Made by a program: the position numbers and the translations under genes
From: Chlorokybus atmophyticus
Taxonomy: Eukaryota > Plantae > Mesostigma and Chlorokybus algae
Assembly (NCBI GenBank): GCA_009103225.1
Contig: RHPI01002161.1
Coordinates: 173,044-237,043, forward strand
Direction of reading: 5' to 3'
DNA: 64,000 nucleotides
Shown here: positions 36,959-50,682 of the stretch, piece after piece
How positions within the stretch are numbered: position 1 is the stretch's first letter
How the letters are laid out: each line of letters starts with the position of its first letter
Notes under the pieces: generated by a model
Seen by the model: only the letters and a program-made list of their open reading frames with translations
What the model was told of the DNA's origin: nothing
Database searches by the model: none

Positions 36959-37715
36959 TGAGCACATATGCACTAGCACTCTTGTGATCTTACATGTTGC
37001 AATGGTGTTTCAGCTTGTGTCATTGCTCCTGTGATTGGTGTGCGTATGTGGAGTGCGGGTAACGATGAAATGGCCTGCGCGGTCGCGTGTGTCATGTAAG
37101 CAACTGTGTGCATGCAGGTTATAAGCATGTGCGCAGAGTTGAGTTCAGGCGTGAAGCGGTTGCTGCAGTCGCCATGTGGCAAGGATGCATTGCCGTCTAG
37201 CATACTGTAGACCCTGCATGAGGGCAACATCATGTAGTAGAATAGTTGTAGTGATCCAGCATTGGTTTCTAGCTTGTCAGCTCATCGGGACTTGAAAACT
37301 GTAGCTGGAACTGGAACACAGCATCCTTCAAAAATTATCCAGTGTTCATGGCCGCTTGCATGGGGTTTGTGTGTCTTTAGCAACCAAGGAAAGTTAGACT
37401 CGTAGTAGAAGAAGAAGGACAACAAGTGGTAGATACTGCTGTGTAATTTACACAAATTATGGCTGCTTGCATGGAGTCTGTATGTGTTTATCAAACAAGG
37501 AGTTGAAGACTGGCAGTAGTAGGAAAAGGCCAACAAGTAATCAGAGCTGCTTTGTGATTTACAAGTTACAGGTTACCTGTCGGGATGTGGACTCCAGTTT
37601 TCCTGCAGCTTTTGCACAGTGACAAGCGGCCAACTCGCTGCGGCCTGACTCGAGTCGCAGCGACACAAAATTAATGCCCGACTTACGGCCTTGAAAGGCC
37701 AAATGGCAGAGGCGT

Positions 37716-37789
37716 TGGTCCAGACAGGTCTCGAACCTGTGACCTTCGCGTTATTAGCACGACGCTCTAACCAGCTGAGCTACAAGACC
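37716..37789 (-). tRNA. tRNA-Ile (anticodon AAT)
   Basis: GGTCTTGTAGCTCAGCTGGTTAGAGCGTCGTGCTAATAACGCGAAGGTCACAGGTTCGAGACCTGTCTGGACCA: D-loop, CT-AAT-AA anticodon loop, GGTTCGA T-loop; one T-T mismatch in the acceptor stem. Confidence 0.95.
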
Positions 37790-38482
37790 AATTGATGTCC
37801 ACACACTAAAATATACATAAATATACCCTTTACAATAAACCATGTCATAATTGTTATCGATGAGCCCTGTGTACTTGGTGAACCCCGGTTCACATGCAGT
37901 GGTCAGTGACTTTGGCGGGAGGGCCTGTAGCACTGATGTGACGTGAGGTGGTGAGCTGCGGCGTACAGGACGGCGGCGTTGAGGGCGGCGACGTGGCCGC
38001 GCTAATTAGGCGTCCTAGCAAGGCGAGTCACCGCTCATTTCAAGTTGTGCAACGCCATGCAAGTCAAGACGGCGATAACCGGCTGCCCCATTTCAAGAGA
38101 GGAAGCAATGGCACTGCTCGCCACCTCTTTGCGGTAAAGCTGTCGTTGGTTTCTAGCATGTGCGCGTCGATGGCATTTCATCATACGTAGATTGCTGAAG
38201 CAACAGTACCAATGGTAGCTTTATCGTTGTCAGTGACCGGCTTGCTATGGATGTTGACGTAACTGTGTATGGTATATTACCTTTCTGTCGTCATTCGCAG
38301 CATCAACAACAGCAGCCTGAAGTTGTTGCTGAGGTCTTAATTGTCGCATTGACTTTATAACTGCAACCCCAACAACAGTAGGCAGACAATTGCTGTTGCT
38401 CAGGTTAACGTTATTGAGGATAGCAACAACGGCAGCAGTGAGGTAAGGTCCACAACAGCAACCCTGGCAACAGGGTGGAGAA

Positions 38483-38695
38483 AACTGCTGGTTGCTGCAT
38501 AACAGTACCCTCAACAGCAGCCAGAATCAAAGGTACTTCGTGTATTTACCAGTTACTGCTGTTGTGATGTGAACAACAACAACAACTGCTGGTTGCTGCA
38601 TAACAGTACCCTGAACAACCCTCAACAGCAGCCAGAATCAAAGGTACTTTGTGTGTTAACCAGTTACTGCTGTTGTGATGTGAACAACAACAACA
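38483..38695 (+). repeat. Two-copy tandem repeat (~101/112 bp) ending in (CAA)n
   Basis: AACTGCTGGTTGCTGCATAACAGTACCC...GATGTGAACAACAAC at 38483 and 38584. Confidence 0.85.
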
Positions 38696-39493
38696 GGTAG
38701 CAGTGGAGGTCGCTTGCTGCTGCTTGTCAGCCACGAAGATAATGTCAAAAACGGCAACAGCAAGCAGCTGATGCGGACTACTGTTGAAGTAGTTGTTGCA
38801 ATGTCAACATATTGGCAACGTATAGCAAGATTAAGACAGTTGCACCTCGCATTGCATGTACAGGTGCATGCAGGTGAGCAGGAGGAATATAATGGCGAAG
38901 GCGACTCCGCTGTCCAATGCTTGAGGATGCCCTAGAGCCGCCCACGCACAGTGAGCGGAGCAGGGTGATGGAGGCAGTGCTGAGGAGAGGAAAGGGAGGT
39001 GGAGTCAGCCTGTTGTCTGCTGCTGCTGCCACGGCTGTGCAGTGGATGCTGGGAAAATACACGCACTGTGTGCAGTGATTGAATGTGCATGCATTCATGC
39101 CGAACGGGAATAATAGCAGTTGTGAAGATAGCGGACCTGTTGCACATAGCCCGGTGGTGGCTGTAAACACAGGTCTTGTACGATGTGTCAGTGCTAGGCA
39201 TGCATGTCATGCTTGTCACAACACTGCATTCTTTGTACACACACATATGCACATGGTAGCATAGGGCGGGCCGTGTTGTAAGCAGACACGGCCTGGTACA
39301 TACCAGCTTTACCCTTACATATGCATCGATACAACAACCACTCCAATTAGCCAAGCTTAAGGGCTAGGCTGAGGGGGCTGATTCTATGCTGCCAGCACTA
39401 CTCCTGTCCGCAGCTGCTGGAATCAGTAGATTCTCACGCTGATGCAACTTGCCTGCCTGGAAACTAATGCAATTGCACAACGCAGCCTCACAA

Positions 39494-42171
39494 TCAATAT
39501 TTCAATTTGGTACACACAACATTAAACTGTCCTTGTGTGCACTGCAATTGCTTTATCACTGCTGCCTGCATGATCGGTTTATGTCGCCAGCATGCCAGCT
39601 CTTCCTCAGAGAAACTGCCGCCGTTCTGCCCATCCTGCCCTGATGATGGCGTTACACTCGGGGTGGACAGCGGTTGGTTGAGGTGCTCGTTGAACACATG
39701 CGATTGGCTGTCATGCGCAAAGCTGCAAAGTGATTACAGAAGTTAGCAAGCCTATCAAGGAGCCAGTGTGGAAGGAAAACAACGACAGGCACCTTGCTGA
39801 AAAGTCCCCATCGTGCTGATCGCGCAGCATTGTGCATAGTCTGTGCACCACCCAAGGAGGAAGGCAGCTTTGTTTCTCCAAAACCATTGTGTGGATTTTA
39901 CCGTTGGCAGTGGCGTCACCCAGCGCAGGGTCAGGTGCATTAGATCCCAAGCTATGCGCAACATTGCACTGAACCTGCACAACCAAGCAAGTGTATCAAT
40001 TAACCAAGTGACTGCCAGCAGGCTGATCAAGCTGGCTTCAAAAAGCAATACATATGTGTGCGTGAAACCAACAGCTGAGTGACTTACTTGGTAGTGGCGC
40101 ATGGATGCGTTGACAAATGCAACAGGTGCGTGCAGCTCAGGCACGTCGGACATGGCCCCAAAGCTAGCAACCAGAGACCTGCACAGTACAGCTGCATCAG
40201 CACCGTCACTTGGCATGGCAGGCAGTAGCAGACCAGTGCCCCCTGTTTCATGCATACCTGTAATTCAACAAGAAGTCGAAAAGTGCATGCACACTCCTGG
40301 CGCCTTGCAGGCTCAACATGGACACTGGACTGTTGTCGAGCGCAACAGCAGCATCAATGTAGCGCATCTGCACAGCACACAAGCAATCAGCAACACCAAT
40401 TCTTGTGAAGTGCGCGACACAGAGGGCCACAGCAACGCAGATTTATGTGGTAACGTGGTCAAGGAGGAGCTTTATACCATGAATGTACCTGTCCCGCCTT
40501 GGTTTGCTCCATCTCCTTGAGTTCCAGCAGTGCAACCGGATCATCAAGGCGTGCATCACAGAGTGGCATCGTAAACGTAACATCATGCTCCCTGGAAGCT
40601 TGTGTTCAGATGCAGCACTGTTTGCAGGTCATAGGAGGACATCAGCAGTGAGGCTGTTAATACCTCAGCTGGTTGCGAAGCCCCTTTGTTGAACGTGTTA
40701 TCACTGCTGTGCACTGCACAGTCCCGCTGACTCCCGCTGCGCGAAACACTGCAGAGAACTGCGTCGTGGTGTCTGCGTGTATAACTTTAATCACACCGCA
40801 ATCCGGCAGGAAGTATTTCAAGTGATGACCATGCACGTGGCAGTCGTCTTACACAGAAAGCAGCTGCAGCGTCCCTTGCGTGTCATGTAATAGAGTGATC
40901 GCAGTGCATCCTCCCATGCTCTCTGCCGCGATGCTAACCAACTTTTCTCTGCGCAAGTCATGTTAACCATACATATTTGGACTTGCGGCCAACCTGCTAT
41001 TGTTGATACCTGCGGGCGTGGTGCTGTGAGCTGTTACGCTGCTCCTCACAGAAGGAGGCAGCACCGTTGCGGGGTGCGCCCAACTCAACAATGCACGTGC
41101 TAATTGCGCAGGTCGGCTGCTCGCAGGCACCTTACCCGATGCCACAAACGACTGAACGCCGAGGCACTCGTCATCTGGAGAAATTTGACGGCACCTGCGT
41201 GGATGATGTAATAATCGTGAGGTTTGCTCTGACGACATGTGAGCTGCAGTTGCTTCCTAACAGCAGGCTTTACCATGGCTTACCAGTCAAAGGGTTCTTG
41301 CGAAGTGAAGCGCACCGAGGTTTTCAGACTCCAGTCAAATGGCGCATCGTCCAAAGGTCCCAAGATTGTGTTATTCGCGCTGGCAGGTGGCTTGCCGCCA
41401 TGGTTGGCGGACACAGGCAACTGCAGCACCTGTTGAAACATAGCCATAGCTGCTTGGTCTGCCCGCAACAATGCTGCACTTGCATGCATTGCCATGTGAT
41501 ATGAGATCTCATGCTGTACAACAGTGTGTACCTTTCATTGTACGCATACAGACAACAAAGAACGTCTTCAATTGATGCCACATGCGGTCTGAATAAAATG
41601 ACAACACACACACCTTTGCAAGTCCATTGTCCGCAGCAGGCACCGCCACAAGCTCTGTGGACTTCTGAGACAAAGCGTTGGGGCGCAGGGCGGCACTGAG
41701 CGATTGAGATAGCTGCTTACGCCCTCCATCAGGGTTCTCTGCTGCTCGCAACACACCAAGAATCCCAGAACCGCTGCATGGTAACACGACACATGAACAC
41801 GGCTGTACGATCTGTATAACCTAAGTATGACGCAATTCACTTAGTCTCAAGTTGATAATGGCAACTGGCTTACACGTTCTGCTCCACTCGCGCTACAGAG
41901 TCTGACACCGCCTTGGTCTGCTTGTTGTCTGTCTTATTCTGCACAAGGGCAAAGAAGTTGGCATCAAAGTCAGCCACCAAGCACTGCATTGCTCCAACAA
42001 AGGCATGCTCTTGCTGCACTGAATGTACCAAAAGCAGACCATGCGATGAGTTTCAAAGACACATACCCTAAGTTCACTTAAAGCGGAGCGCTTGCTTCCG
42101 GGCTTCGTGGCCGGGTAGCTGTCCGGGATTGTGGCCACCTGCCCAGCCCGATTACCGCCTAGCCTCGTCAT
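39494..42171 (-). CDS. DONSON: DONSON (downstream neighbour of Son) DNA replication factor
   Basis: APFDWSLKTSVRFTSQEPFDW; LLSWAHPA; WEDALRSLYY; GARSVHALFDFLLN; DVPELHAPVAFVNAS. Start codon inferred. Confidence 0.85.
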
Positions 42172-42205
42172 CACCCATCAGGAAGCTCTCACTCCAGCAG
42201 CTCAC

Positions 42206-42213
42206 AAACCCTA
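42206..42213 (+). promoter_or_regulatory. Telo-box (AAACCCTA) between DONSON and EF-G
   Basis: Exact AAACCCTA in the divergent intergenic region. Confidence 0.4.
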
Positions 42214-42867
42214 GTCCGCATGCTTAGGAGCGCACTGAGAGCTTCGCTGCTAGGCATTACACCACAATCTCAAGATTTGCATGCAAATCTCGTTGCAACC
42301 AGAAGGTCAATGTACCCAGGTCAAAACCAAGCATTGCAGCTCATCCTATTGTACAACCACAGGCATTACGCATACAGCAGCGTCCATTCACACAAACCAG
42401 TTGCCTCACGATCAGCCTCAAGCAACCAGGTCACTACCACAGGCGGCTTACCAGACGTCCAGCTGTTGCGGCACGCTAAGTCAGCCTGCAAGCATCAATG
42501 AAACGCTCCACAGCAGCCTGCGACTAGCAGACTAAGACTAAGCTACCTAGTGCAGTCCAGCAAGCAAGCCACAGTACCGACAATGAGCAGCCGAGCCACT
42601 CCAGCTCGCAACACTGCCGCCCCACCAGGCCACAGCCAACGTCAACGCCCAGCTTTGAAATGCAGCTGTTGAAAGGCGGCAAAACTTTACTTGGCTAAGT
42701 AACTCTGTTAGTTAGCCAGGGTTTGCCGCTGATTCTGTCCGAATTGAAGTTAGGCTGTATTACAGTATAACCGCGGTTAGATTGAGCCGCCAGCGGCGGC
42801 GGCGGCGGCGGCGGAGGAGGAGGAGGAGGAGGACGACGAGGACACAGGCGGTGGTGGCGGGGTTGGG

Positions 42868-45800
42868 ATGGTGCGGCACAGGGCGCTATTGGCTCTGCTG
42901 CGCCGTCCCTGCACGCCCGTTGCTGCTGGCGGCTGGCACAGTGCTTATGGCGTGCTGAGCTCATGTTTTCAGGTGCTGCTCCTTGGTGCATGTGGTACTA
43001 GACTGTTTGATCTGCTTGACTTCGCTTGCACCTTACGGCGCAAATGTTACAGTGTTGGAGCAACCAGCTTGTCAGCTCAGAGTACGTTGTTGAAGCATGC
43101 AGGCTGTGTCAACTCTGCATGCCATCTACTCGGTTTGTGACATGCAGCAGCACCCCTGCTGTTGTTTGAAGAACAATGTAGTTGAGACGTGTAGTCAATG
43201 CAAATTGTTAGTGAGCTGCATGGTGAAGGAAACCATTGCACACGCATGATGGACTGCACACAGCTTGCAACTGTACACAGTGATGTTATTGGCTTCATGC
43301 TGGACGTATAATAATCAGCAGCAAAGTGCCCATACGGTGAGAACAGCAGTATAAGCAACGACCAAGTACACATGCTGCTACTTGAATCGTGCTCTGATTA
43401 TCACATGGTACTGTGCTTGTTGACAGCATATGGTTTCACTCTACTACTTGCATGCAGGCACACACAAACAGTCAGTCTCACATTGCAAACTGTAACAGGA
43501 AATCGTGGGGGTGCCAGTATGGGGCATCAAACCCGCTCAGTTTCGCGCTTATGCCGCCATGGCAGCCACAGCGGTGCGTTGTTGCTCTTTCCGAAACCTC
43601 TTGTTGATGGAAGGCAGTATTTGACAGACTAACGCGCACTTACTTTCAGGAGTCTCCTGACAATTACCTCCATAGGCTACGTAACATTGGCATATCTGCT
43701 CACATTGACTCGGGCAAAACAACTTTGACGGAGCGCGTGCTTTTCTACACCGGACGAATCCATGAGATTCACGAGGTTTGTGGCCGTGTGTTATGTAACC
43801 GTATTTATTTACATGATACTTCATTATCGCAGAGGCGTTGTACTCATGAATAACTCAATCAGGTCAGGGGTAGGGATGGGGTGGGGGCAAAGATGGACTC
43901 AATGGAACTGGAGAGGGAAAAGGGTATCACCATACAGTCGGCTGCAACGTATTGCAGTTGGGGCGACCATCAGATTAACATCATTGACACACCAGGTTAG
44001 TAGTTCGTTTGATCAAACAATATTGTTGTGGAAGGCACATTGCGTGGTGTATGACATGCCTGTCTGCAGGCCATGTCGATTTCACCATTGAGGTTGAAAG
44101 GGCTTTGCGCGTGCTGGATGGCGCCGTGTTGGTGTTGTGCAGCGTTGGCGGGGTTCAGTCGCAAAGCATAACGGTCGATAGGCAGATGCGTAGGTATGCG
44201 GTACCTCGGCTCGCTTTCATTAACAAGCTGGATCGCACTGGCGCCGACCCTTGGAAAGTCGTGAGCCAAGTGCGTGCCAAGCTAAAGCAACATTGCGCAG
44301 CCGTCCAGGTATGAAGTGCATGTTGTCAATTGGTTATCATCATGTATGCCTGTAGCCATGACCGATGTGATGCTCACGCAGTGCATGTGCCTTCTTGCAT
44401 AGGTGCCTATTGGCCTTGAGACCGACCTTGTTGGGTTGGTTGACCTTGTTGATATGCGAGCCTACTACTACGAAGGTGCCAACGGGTACGGTTCACAGCT
44501 GTGACTTCTGGTCATGTCAGCAATGAAAACTGCAATACATGCTATATGGCGTGCAAGCCAATATGTAACTGCGCGTGCGCAGGGAGAAGATTCGACAGGC
44601 TGAAATTCCTGACAATTTGCACGCGTTCTGTGAAGAAAAGCGTAAAGAACTTATTGAGACCGTGTCTGAGGTTGATGATACATTGGCAGAAATCTTCTTA
44701 AACGACGAGCCCATCACAGAGCAAGTGCTGCAGGTATTGAGTAACATTGCTGCTTTTGCTTGAGTTGCTCTAAGAGGTGCAAGAGCAGCTTACATGCAGT
44801 GCATGGTTATTGATGACGTGCACGAGTAGCTCAATTACAATACTTGTGCAGGCTGCTGTTCGGCGTGCCACGCTGTCACTGGCGTTTATGCCTGTATTCA
44901 TGGGCTCCGCATTCAAGAACAAGGGCGTGCAGTCTCTTCTTGATGGCGTCGTCGAGTACCTTCCATGTGAGTAGTAAAGATTAATAAACAGTAGTGAGCA
45001 AGCCACTCCTCTGCAAGTACTTACACCGTATGCCTTGCAACCTCATCCTCTCTTCTCTGCAGGTCCTCTGGAGGTGAAGAACCATGCTCTTAATCAGGCC
45101 AATAACGAGGAGCAGGTGGAGCTACACAAGGATCCCAGCGCACCGCTTGTCGCCCTGGCTTTCAAGCTTGAAGAAGGACGGTTCGGCCAGCTTACCTACA
45201 TGAGGATTTACGACGGCACTCTGAGTAGGGGAGAACCCGTTTTCAATGTCAATAACAACAAGAAGATAAAGGTATGGGCAGAGAGACAGTTGGCTGATTG
45301 CTGTATTGTGTATTTATATTATGACTGCTTCAATATCCAACTATACTGATCTGTGTTAGGTACCAAGGCTGGTGCGCATGCACGCGGATGACATGGAGGA
45401 CATCCAGGAGGCTCGTGCCGGGGAGATTGTTGCCATGTTTGGTGTGGACTGCGCGTCCGGCGACACATTTACAGATGGAACCGTGCAGTACACTATGACC
45501 TCCATGAACGTGCCTGAACCTGTGATGTCGCTGGCCATTTCTCCCGCCTCCAAAGACGTGTCACCACAGGTATGACATTAGCCCTGATTCTGATCTTAAG
45601 CCACCCGTTGACCCGCAAGTCCTGCTGTTGTAGCTAGGGTGTGTGGCCTTGTGATTGACACATGCGATTGCAGTTTTCCAAGGCATTGAACCGGTTTGTG
45701 AAAGAAGACCCGACATTCCGGGTGAGCGTAGATCCAGAGAGTGGACAGACCATCATCTCCGGCATGGGTGAACTGCATTTGGATATCTATGTGGAGCGCA

Positions 45801-47127
45801 TGCGGCGCGAATACAAGGTGTGTTCGTACACGTGTGCATGTGAGCGCAAAACATGCATTGCGATTGTTATGTTCAGCGCTGGGGCTATTCGCTTGTTTGC
45901 TTGCAGCTGTGGATGTACTGTGTCAACGCTTGCCAAACATGCTTGTGCCAAAGGTAAACACAGAGGTGGGTAAACCGCAAGTCAACTTCAGGGAGACCAT
46001 CACCCAGTCGGCCACTTATGACTACCTGCACAAAAAGCAGAGCGGTGGTCAGGGCCAGTACGGTCGTGTCGCCGGGTAAGATTCACAGCGTGTTTACACT
46101 TGATGAATAGTACACAGTACTTGACTGGTGCTTTGGCTTAAGTTGCTTGCGCATATTTGTATGCACTCATATGCAGGTACATTGAGCCATTGCCAGAGGA
46201 CAGCCCTGAGAAATTTGTGTTTGAAAACGCCATCATCGGGAACGTGATCCCGCCCACATACATCACAGCTGTGGAGAAAGGCTTCAAGGAGGCCATCAAC
46301 AGCGGCTCACTGATCGGTTACCCTGTGGAAGGAGTCAGGGTGGTTTTGAATGACGGCGCTACGCACACTGTCGATTCCAGCGAGCTGGCGTTCAAGCTTG
46401 CTTCCATTTACGCGTTCCGCCAGGTAAGCATGTTACATCCTGCTGGGTTGCAGTGCACCTGTCTGGTACACCTTGCATCGTAGAGTGACAGGTTGGTTAT
46501 GAACTTTCATGACACTGGGCTTGTGGTACCTTGATTGTTGTTCAGGCTTATAACAGTGCCAAGCCAGTGATCTTGGAACCAGTCATGGATGTCGAGATCA
46601 AGGCACCGCAGGAGTTTCAAGGCACGATCATTGGCAACATCAACAGGCGGAAGGGTGTTATTCTTGGCAGTGACACTGCTGGTGACGACGTCACAATCCA
46701 AGCGCAGGTTCGTATGTTTGCTTTGTCCTTCGCTTATCTTGGCGCTGGTGTTATCCACGCATGATGGCGTCATTGGTCACAGTCATATGTAGAGCCAAGC
46801 ATTCCATTGCTGCTATCACAATAGTCACCTGGTACCAAAAAACCCTTGTTATACACTACAACACTACAATACCCATACTAAACACATCACATATGTTTCT
46901 GCCAAGTGTGCACAGCACGATTTAGTCCGCTTGTCTACGGCGCCTTACCTTGACAATTGCTGCAGGTACCACTGAATCAAATGTTTGGTTATTCGACGGA
47001 TTTGCGATCGATGACGCAAGGCAAGGGCGAGTTCACGATGGAGTACGCCTGCCACATGCGCGTCTCACAGGATGTCCAGGCAGAGCTTGTTGACACCCAC
47101 AAGCACAGGAGAGGAGGGCAACATTGA
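42868..47127 (+). CDS. GFM1: Mitochondrial elongation factor G (EF-G1/GFM1-type)
   Basis: [27 protein letters not shown]; FINKLDR; [17 protein letters not shown]; [14 protein letters not shown]; [12 protein letters not shown]; VDSSELAFK; [18 protein letters not shown]. Arg/Leu/Ala-rich N-terminal presequence. Confidence 0.95.
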
Positions 47128-48539
47128 TGTGGGGTGGTTTAGGATTCTTGATTGGTTTTGGGTAGACTAGGGCAACATTGTCATGTTAGCCATGATGTTG
47201 CGCATTGAGGGTAGACAGGCAGCATCGGCTATGGCTTTGTTAAGTTAATTGACTGGTAGGAATGTTGATAGCGGCAGTTTGTATTATAAGATAAGACTTT
47301 GTTGGCGTGTTGCGCAACTTCCCATCGTCGTGTGGTGAGCTGTGAAGCGGGTTGCAAGCAGTGTACGGTGCTGTAGAACACTCGCACATTTCTTGCCAGC
47401 ACTTGGATGCAAGTGCAGCAATTGGACTGTGCCAATATATGCATGACACATACACGGCAACGGCACAGGCGACATTATCTTGTTGACGTGACACTTGCAT
47501 GCTGCAAGTGACCTAACCCTAATTGGCCTAGCGGCAGCGTCAGCAGCCCGCGGTATCGAGCTTGCGGGCGGTAAGCGGCAGCGGAGTTGTGAAGGAGGGC
47601 GGGGGAGTTCTTGGAGTCTGCTGCTGTCACTGCAATGCAATAGGCTGGTCGCTAACCACCATCGCCGCGGCGCAGGTAGTTGCTGAACACCATGCATGCT
47701 GGTCGGACTAATGGGGCAGGGGCTTAGCGTGTTGGGTACAGAAGGCAAGCCCGGTGGAACTGCTGGTGTAGAGTGTAAGCATGGTGTGTGCCCATTCTTG
47801 CATATTGTGTTGATGTGCTGTTGCTTTTCACCCTTTGCATGTGACTAAATCAGCATACGATCTTTTGTACAGAGCTGAGCCTGGACAGCAGGGATACATT
47901 CCTGGCAGTCCTGGTCCATTAGATACAGCAACTGATGGATCTCGGACTTATTCCACTAGATTCGGTGCAAACACATGTTGCATAGTGACGCGCTAATTAC
48001 CACGACTTGCTACATGGTTAACGCATTGGTCCGGAGCGTGCAACTACGTTGCGGCATTACTGACCAGAGAGTTCGATCAGCGTCATCTTCATACGCGACA
48101 TCGGCCTGCACAAAGTCAATGTACGTCGCATACGTAGGGCAAAACGGAGTCACTGATGCCGCGCAACATCACATTTTCATGCACAGCGCTTCAACCATGC
48201 CGCTGCATCAACTCTAATTGACGCAGTGCCATCAAAACCACACCATGTCAAACCGTCCTAAAGGCAGCCACACTTGACAACAGAAACTAACTACCCTGGG
48301 GCCTGTACACTCGGAAGCCCTATCCGAGCTCTATGCAAGTATGTACACTCTGAAGGCGCACACTTGTCCAAGACTCTTTGACCTTGTCACACCGCCTCTG
48401 CAAAACATGCGAAAGGGAAACAAAAAGCACAACACCACTTGGTTTCTTGGACTCGCTGGTTTGTTATTTGCAGCTGTCCGCACTGCTGCTCTCTGATGAA
48501 TGGCCGGCATTTATCAGTCAGTCAGTCAGTCAGGAGCCT

Positions 48540-49532
48540 CTAGCTCGATGAATCATCTGATGCAATTGTGCCATAAGCTGTGGCTGCAGCCCGGGCCTCA
48601 TTGTCGCCAGCTCCAGGACCTTCCATGCTCACTCTGCCTGTGCTTTTGCCTGGGGGAGGGCCGGCGCTGCCGGCAGTGGTGCCATAAGCAGCGGCAGCAT
48701 CGCCAGAAGTGTCTCCGCCTACGTTGCCAGGGTACGCCTGGCCAGTCACTGCGCCAGCCCCACCAATGCCAGTATCTGCTGTGCCGTAGTCGCCACCAGC
48801 AGTGCTGGTGTAAGCTGCACTCTCAGGCTTGTCCTTAGCCGCGCCCTGCATGCAGATGACAACTATAAAAGCAAGAACCGCATGCTTGTTAATAACAGCT
48901 CGACCTCATGCACGACTGAGACGCTAGCAGCAGCACAAACGGTTGGCAACTTGCAACACCAACAATGAGACAGCGGCACACCGCTCGGCGACGCATACTT
49001 CACTAGAGTCTACTACGTTCTGATTTGCACTGGTGCGTCAAGAACGTAAGGATACGCGTGGCGTGGAGGTTTCAGTATGTATGCCAGCTACTACCTCACC
49101 TCACTCTCTTGAATCGGACGGATCCCCTGTTCTTCTAGAGATCGGTAGCGGTCTCCACCGGCATCTGGGTCTGCGCTGAACCTGCAGGCGAGAACCATTT
49201 ACAGTAAGCCAGGCAACATGCACTATAGCTTTGCACACTCAGCTTCGATCAAGGTCATGCATGCAGGCTCTGTAAGCGGCTTACGGAGCCTGCATACATG
49301 ACCTTTTTTACAGCCAAGTGTCCGTAACGGATGGAATGTGCAAGTCGCAGCCAAGCTTTTCATACACACTCATTCAACAGTAACGTTAAGCTTGCATGCA
49401 TTGATGAGATGTTAACAACGCGAAAGCAACACGCAATCCTCTCCTGTACCTGTCTCCCTCGCCGCCCGGCCCGCTGAGCCTGTCTCCCTGCAGCTCGACC
49501 CCCTGCCCCCGCGCCGTGTTCAGCTGCGCCAT
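48540..49532 (-). CDS. Gly/Ala/Thr-rich hydrophilic low-complexity protein (hydrophilin/LEA-like, tentative)
   Basis: Exon 1 MAQLNTARGQGVELQGDRLSGPGGEGD; last exon rich in G/A/T with repeated YGT. GT-AG introns between. Confidence 0.5.
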
Positions 49533-50682
49533 GACGCCCCTAACAATCACCACTACACCAGAGCCTCCTCCGCTCAACAACTCTCCTCACCGTAATTAAG
49601 ACCATCACTAGCAACCTCCCGCCAACACTCTGCCGCACCGCAGCAGCACTGTGCAAAAGCGACTTGGCTGCACCGCTAACTCCTACTTTCATGTGAGCCA
49701 TCTGATCATAGAGCCATCATCAGATCGAACGATCTATGTACGACAGAACGTTACCAGTGTTACTAACGTTTGCTGCTATCTCGGAACAAATCTTTCTCAT
49801 CTGTGACAAGTTTTGCGCACAGCAGCGTCCGTTGCTGTCATACTCCGACCGTCTGATATCTTGATTGGCCTGATCGGACGGCTTGCGGTCAGAAAGTGCA
49901 GATGTATGCTTGCAGCAGATTTGCATTTGTGGCACAAAGCGGATGCCAATGATGACAGACTCGCATGCAACATGATGACCGGGATGTGCTGTGTGCTTCT
50001 CTGTGCTTCGCTCTGCTGCTGGAAGATCAGCTCTGTTCAGCTGTGCTGCTTGCCACGTAGTGATTGCGGAGGGTGCTGTGGCTGGGCGTGCGGTCCCATG
50101 GAGCTTAAGGGTCGTAGGCATGGACCTAGAGATCAGCTTGATTGGGTAACGCTGCCAGTAAGTACCCGTTGGAGGCTCCGCCGCCGCTGCCACCGCCGCT
50201 TACGCCTCCACCTGCAGAGGGAGGGCTGGGTGGGTGGGTGGGCGGGTGAGTGAGATGAGTGTTGATGTTGTTGAAGTGCGGGTTGCATGCTATGCATGAG
50301 CTGTGTTCGCCAACTTTGTGCTATGGCAGTGCATTGGATCTTTGAAAGGATGGTTGGTAGCTAGCGGCAACCTTGGGTTGATGTACGCGGATGCTGCGTT
50401 ACTGTATTAATATTGCAGTTGTCACTCCTGCATGGTTGGGTTGTGATTGAACTTGCTTCGCTTGTCTGCTGCTTGGAGCTGCTTGGCTTATGCATTGGGT
50501 GATTTGCACACAAACACGTCTTGTCATACGGGAGCAACTTATCCGGTTCAGTCAATCTAGTGACACAGTCTGCTTGCTTTCAGGCAGGTTGCAGGCAGCG
50601 CACACCCAGCCCATGTAAAGCTGACACCAGCTGCGTAAGACCAAGACTAACCTTCCTTTGACGCCAGACCAATATAGCCATC

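Noticed and set aside
48040-48220. Protein-like minus-strand stretch ATYIDFVQADVAYEDDADRTLW
   Set aside because: Short and isolated, with no start, splice partners or recognisable family.
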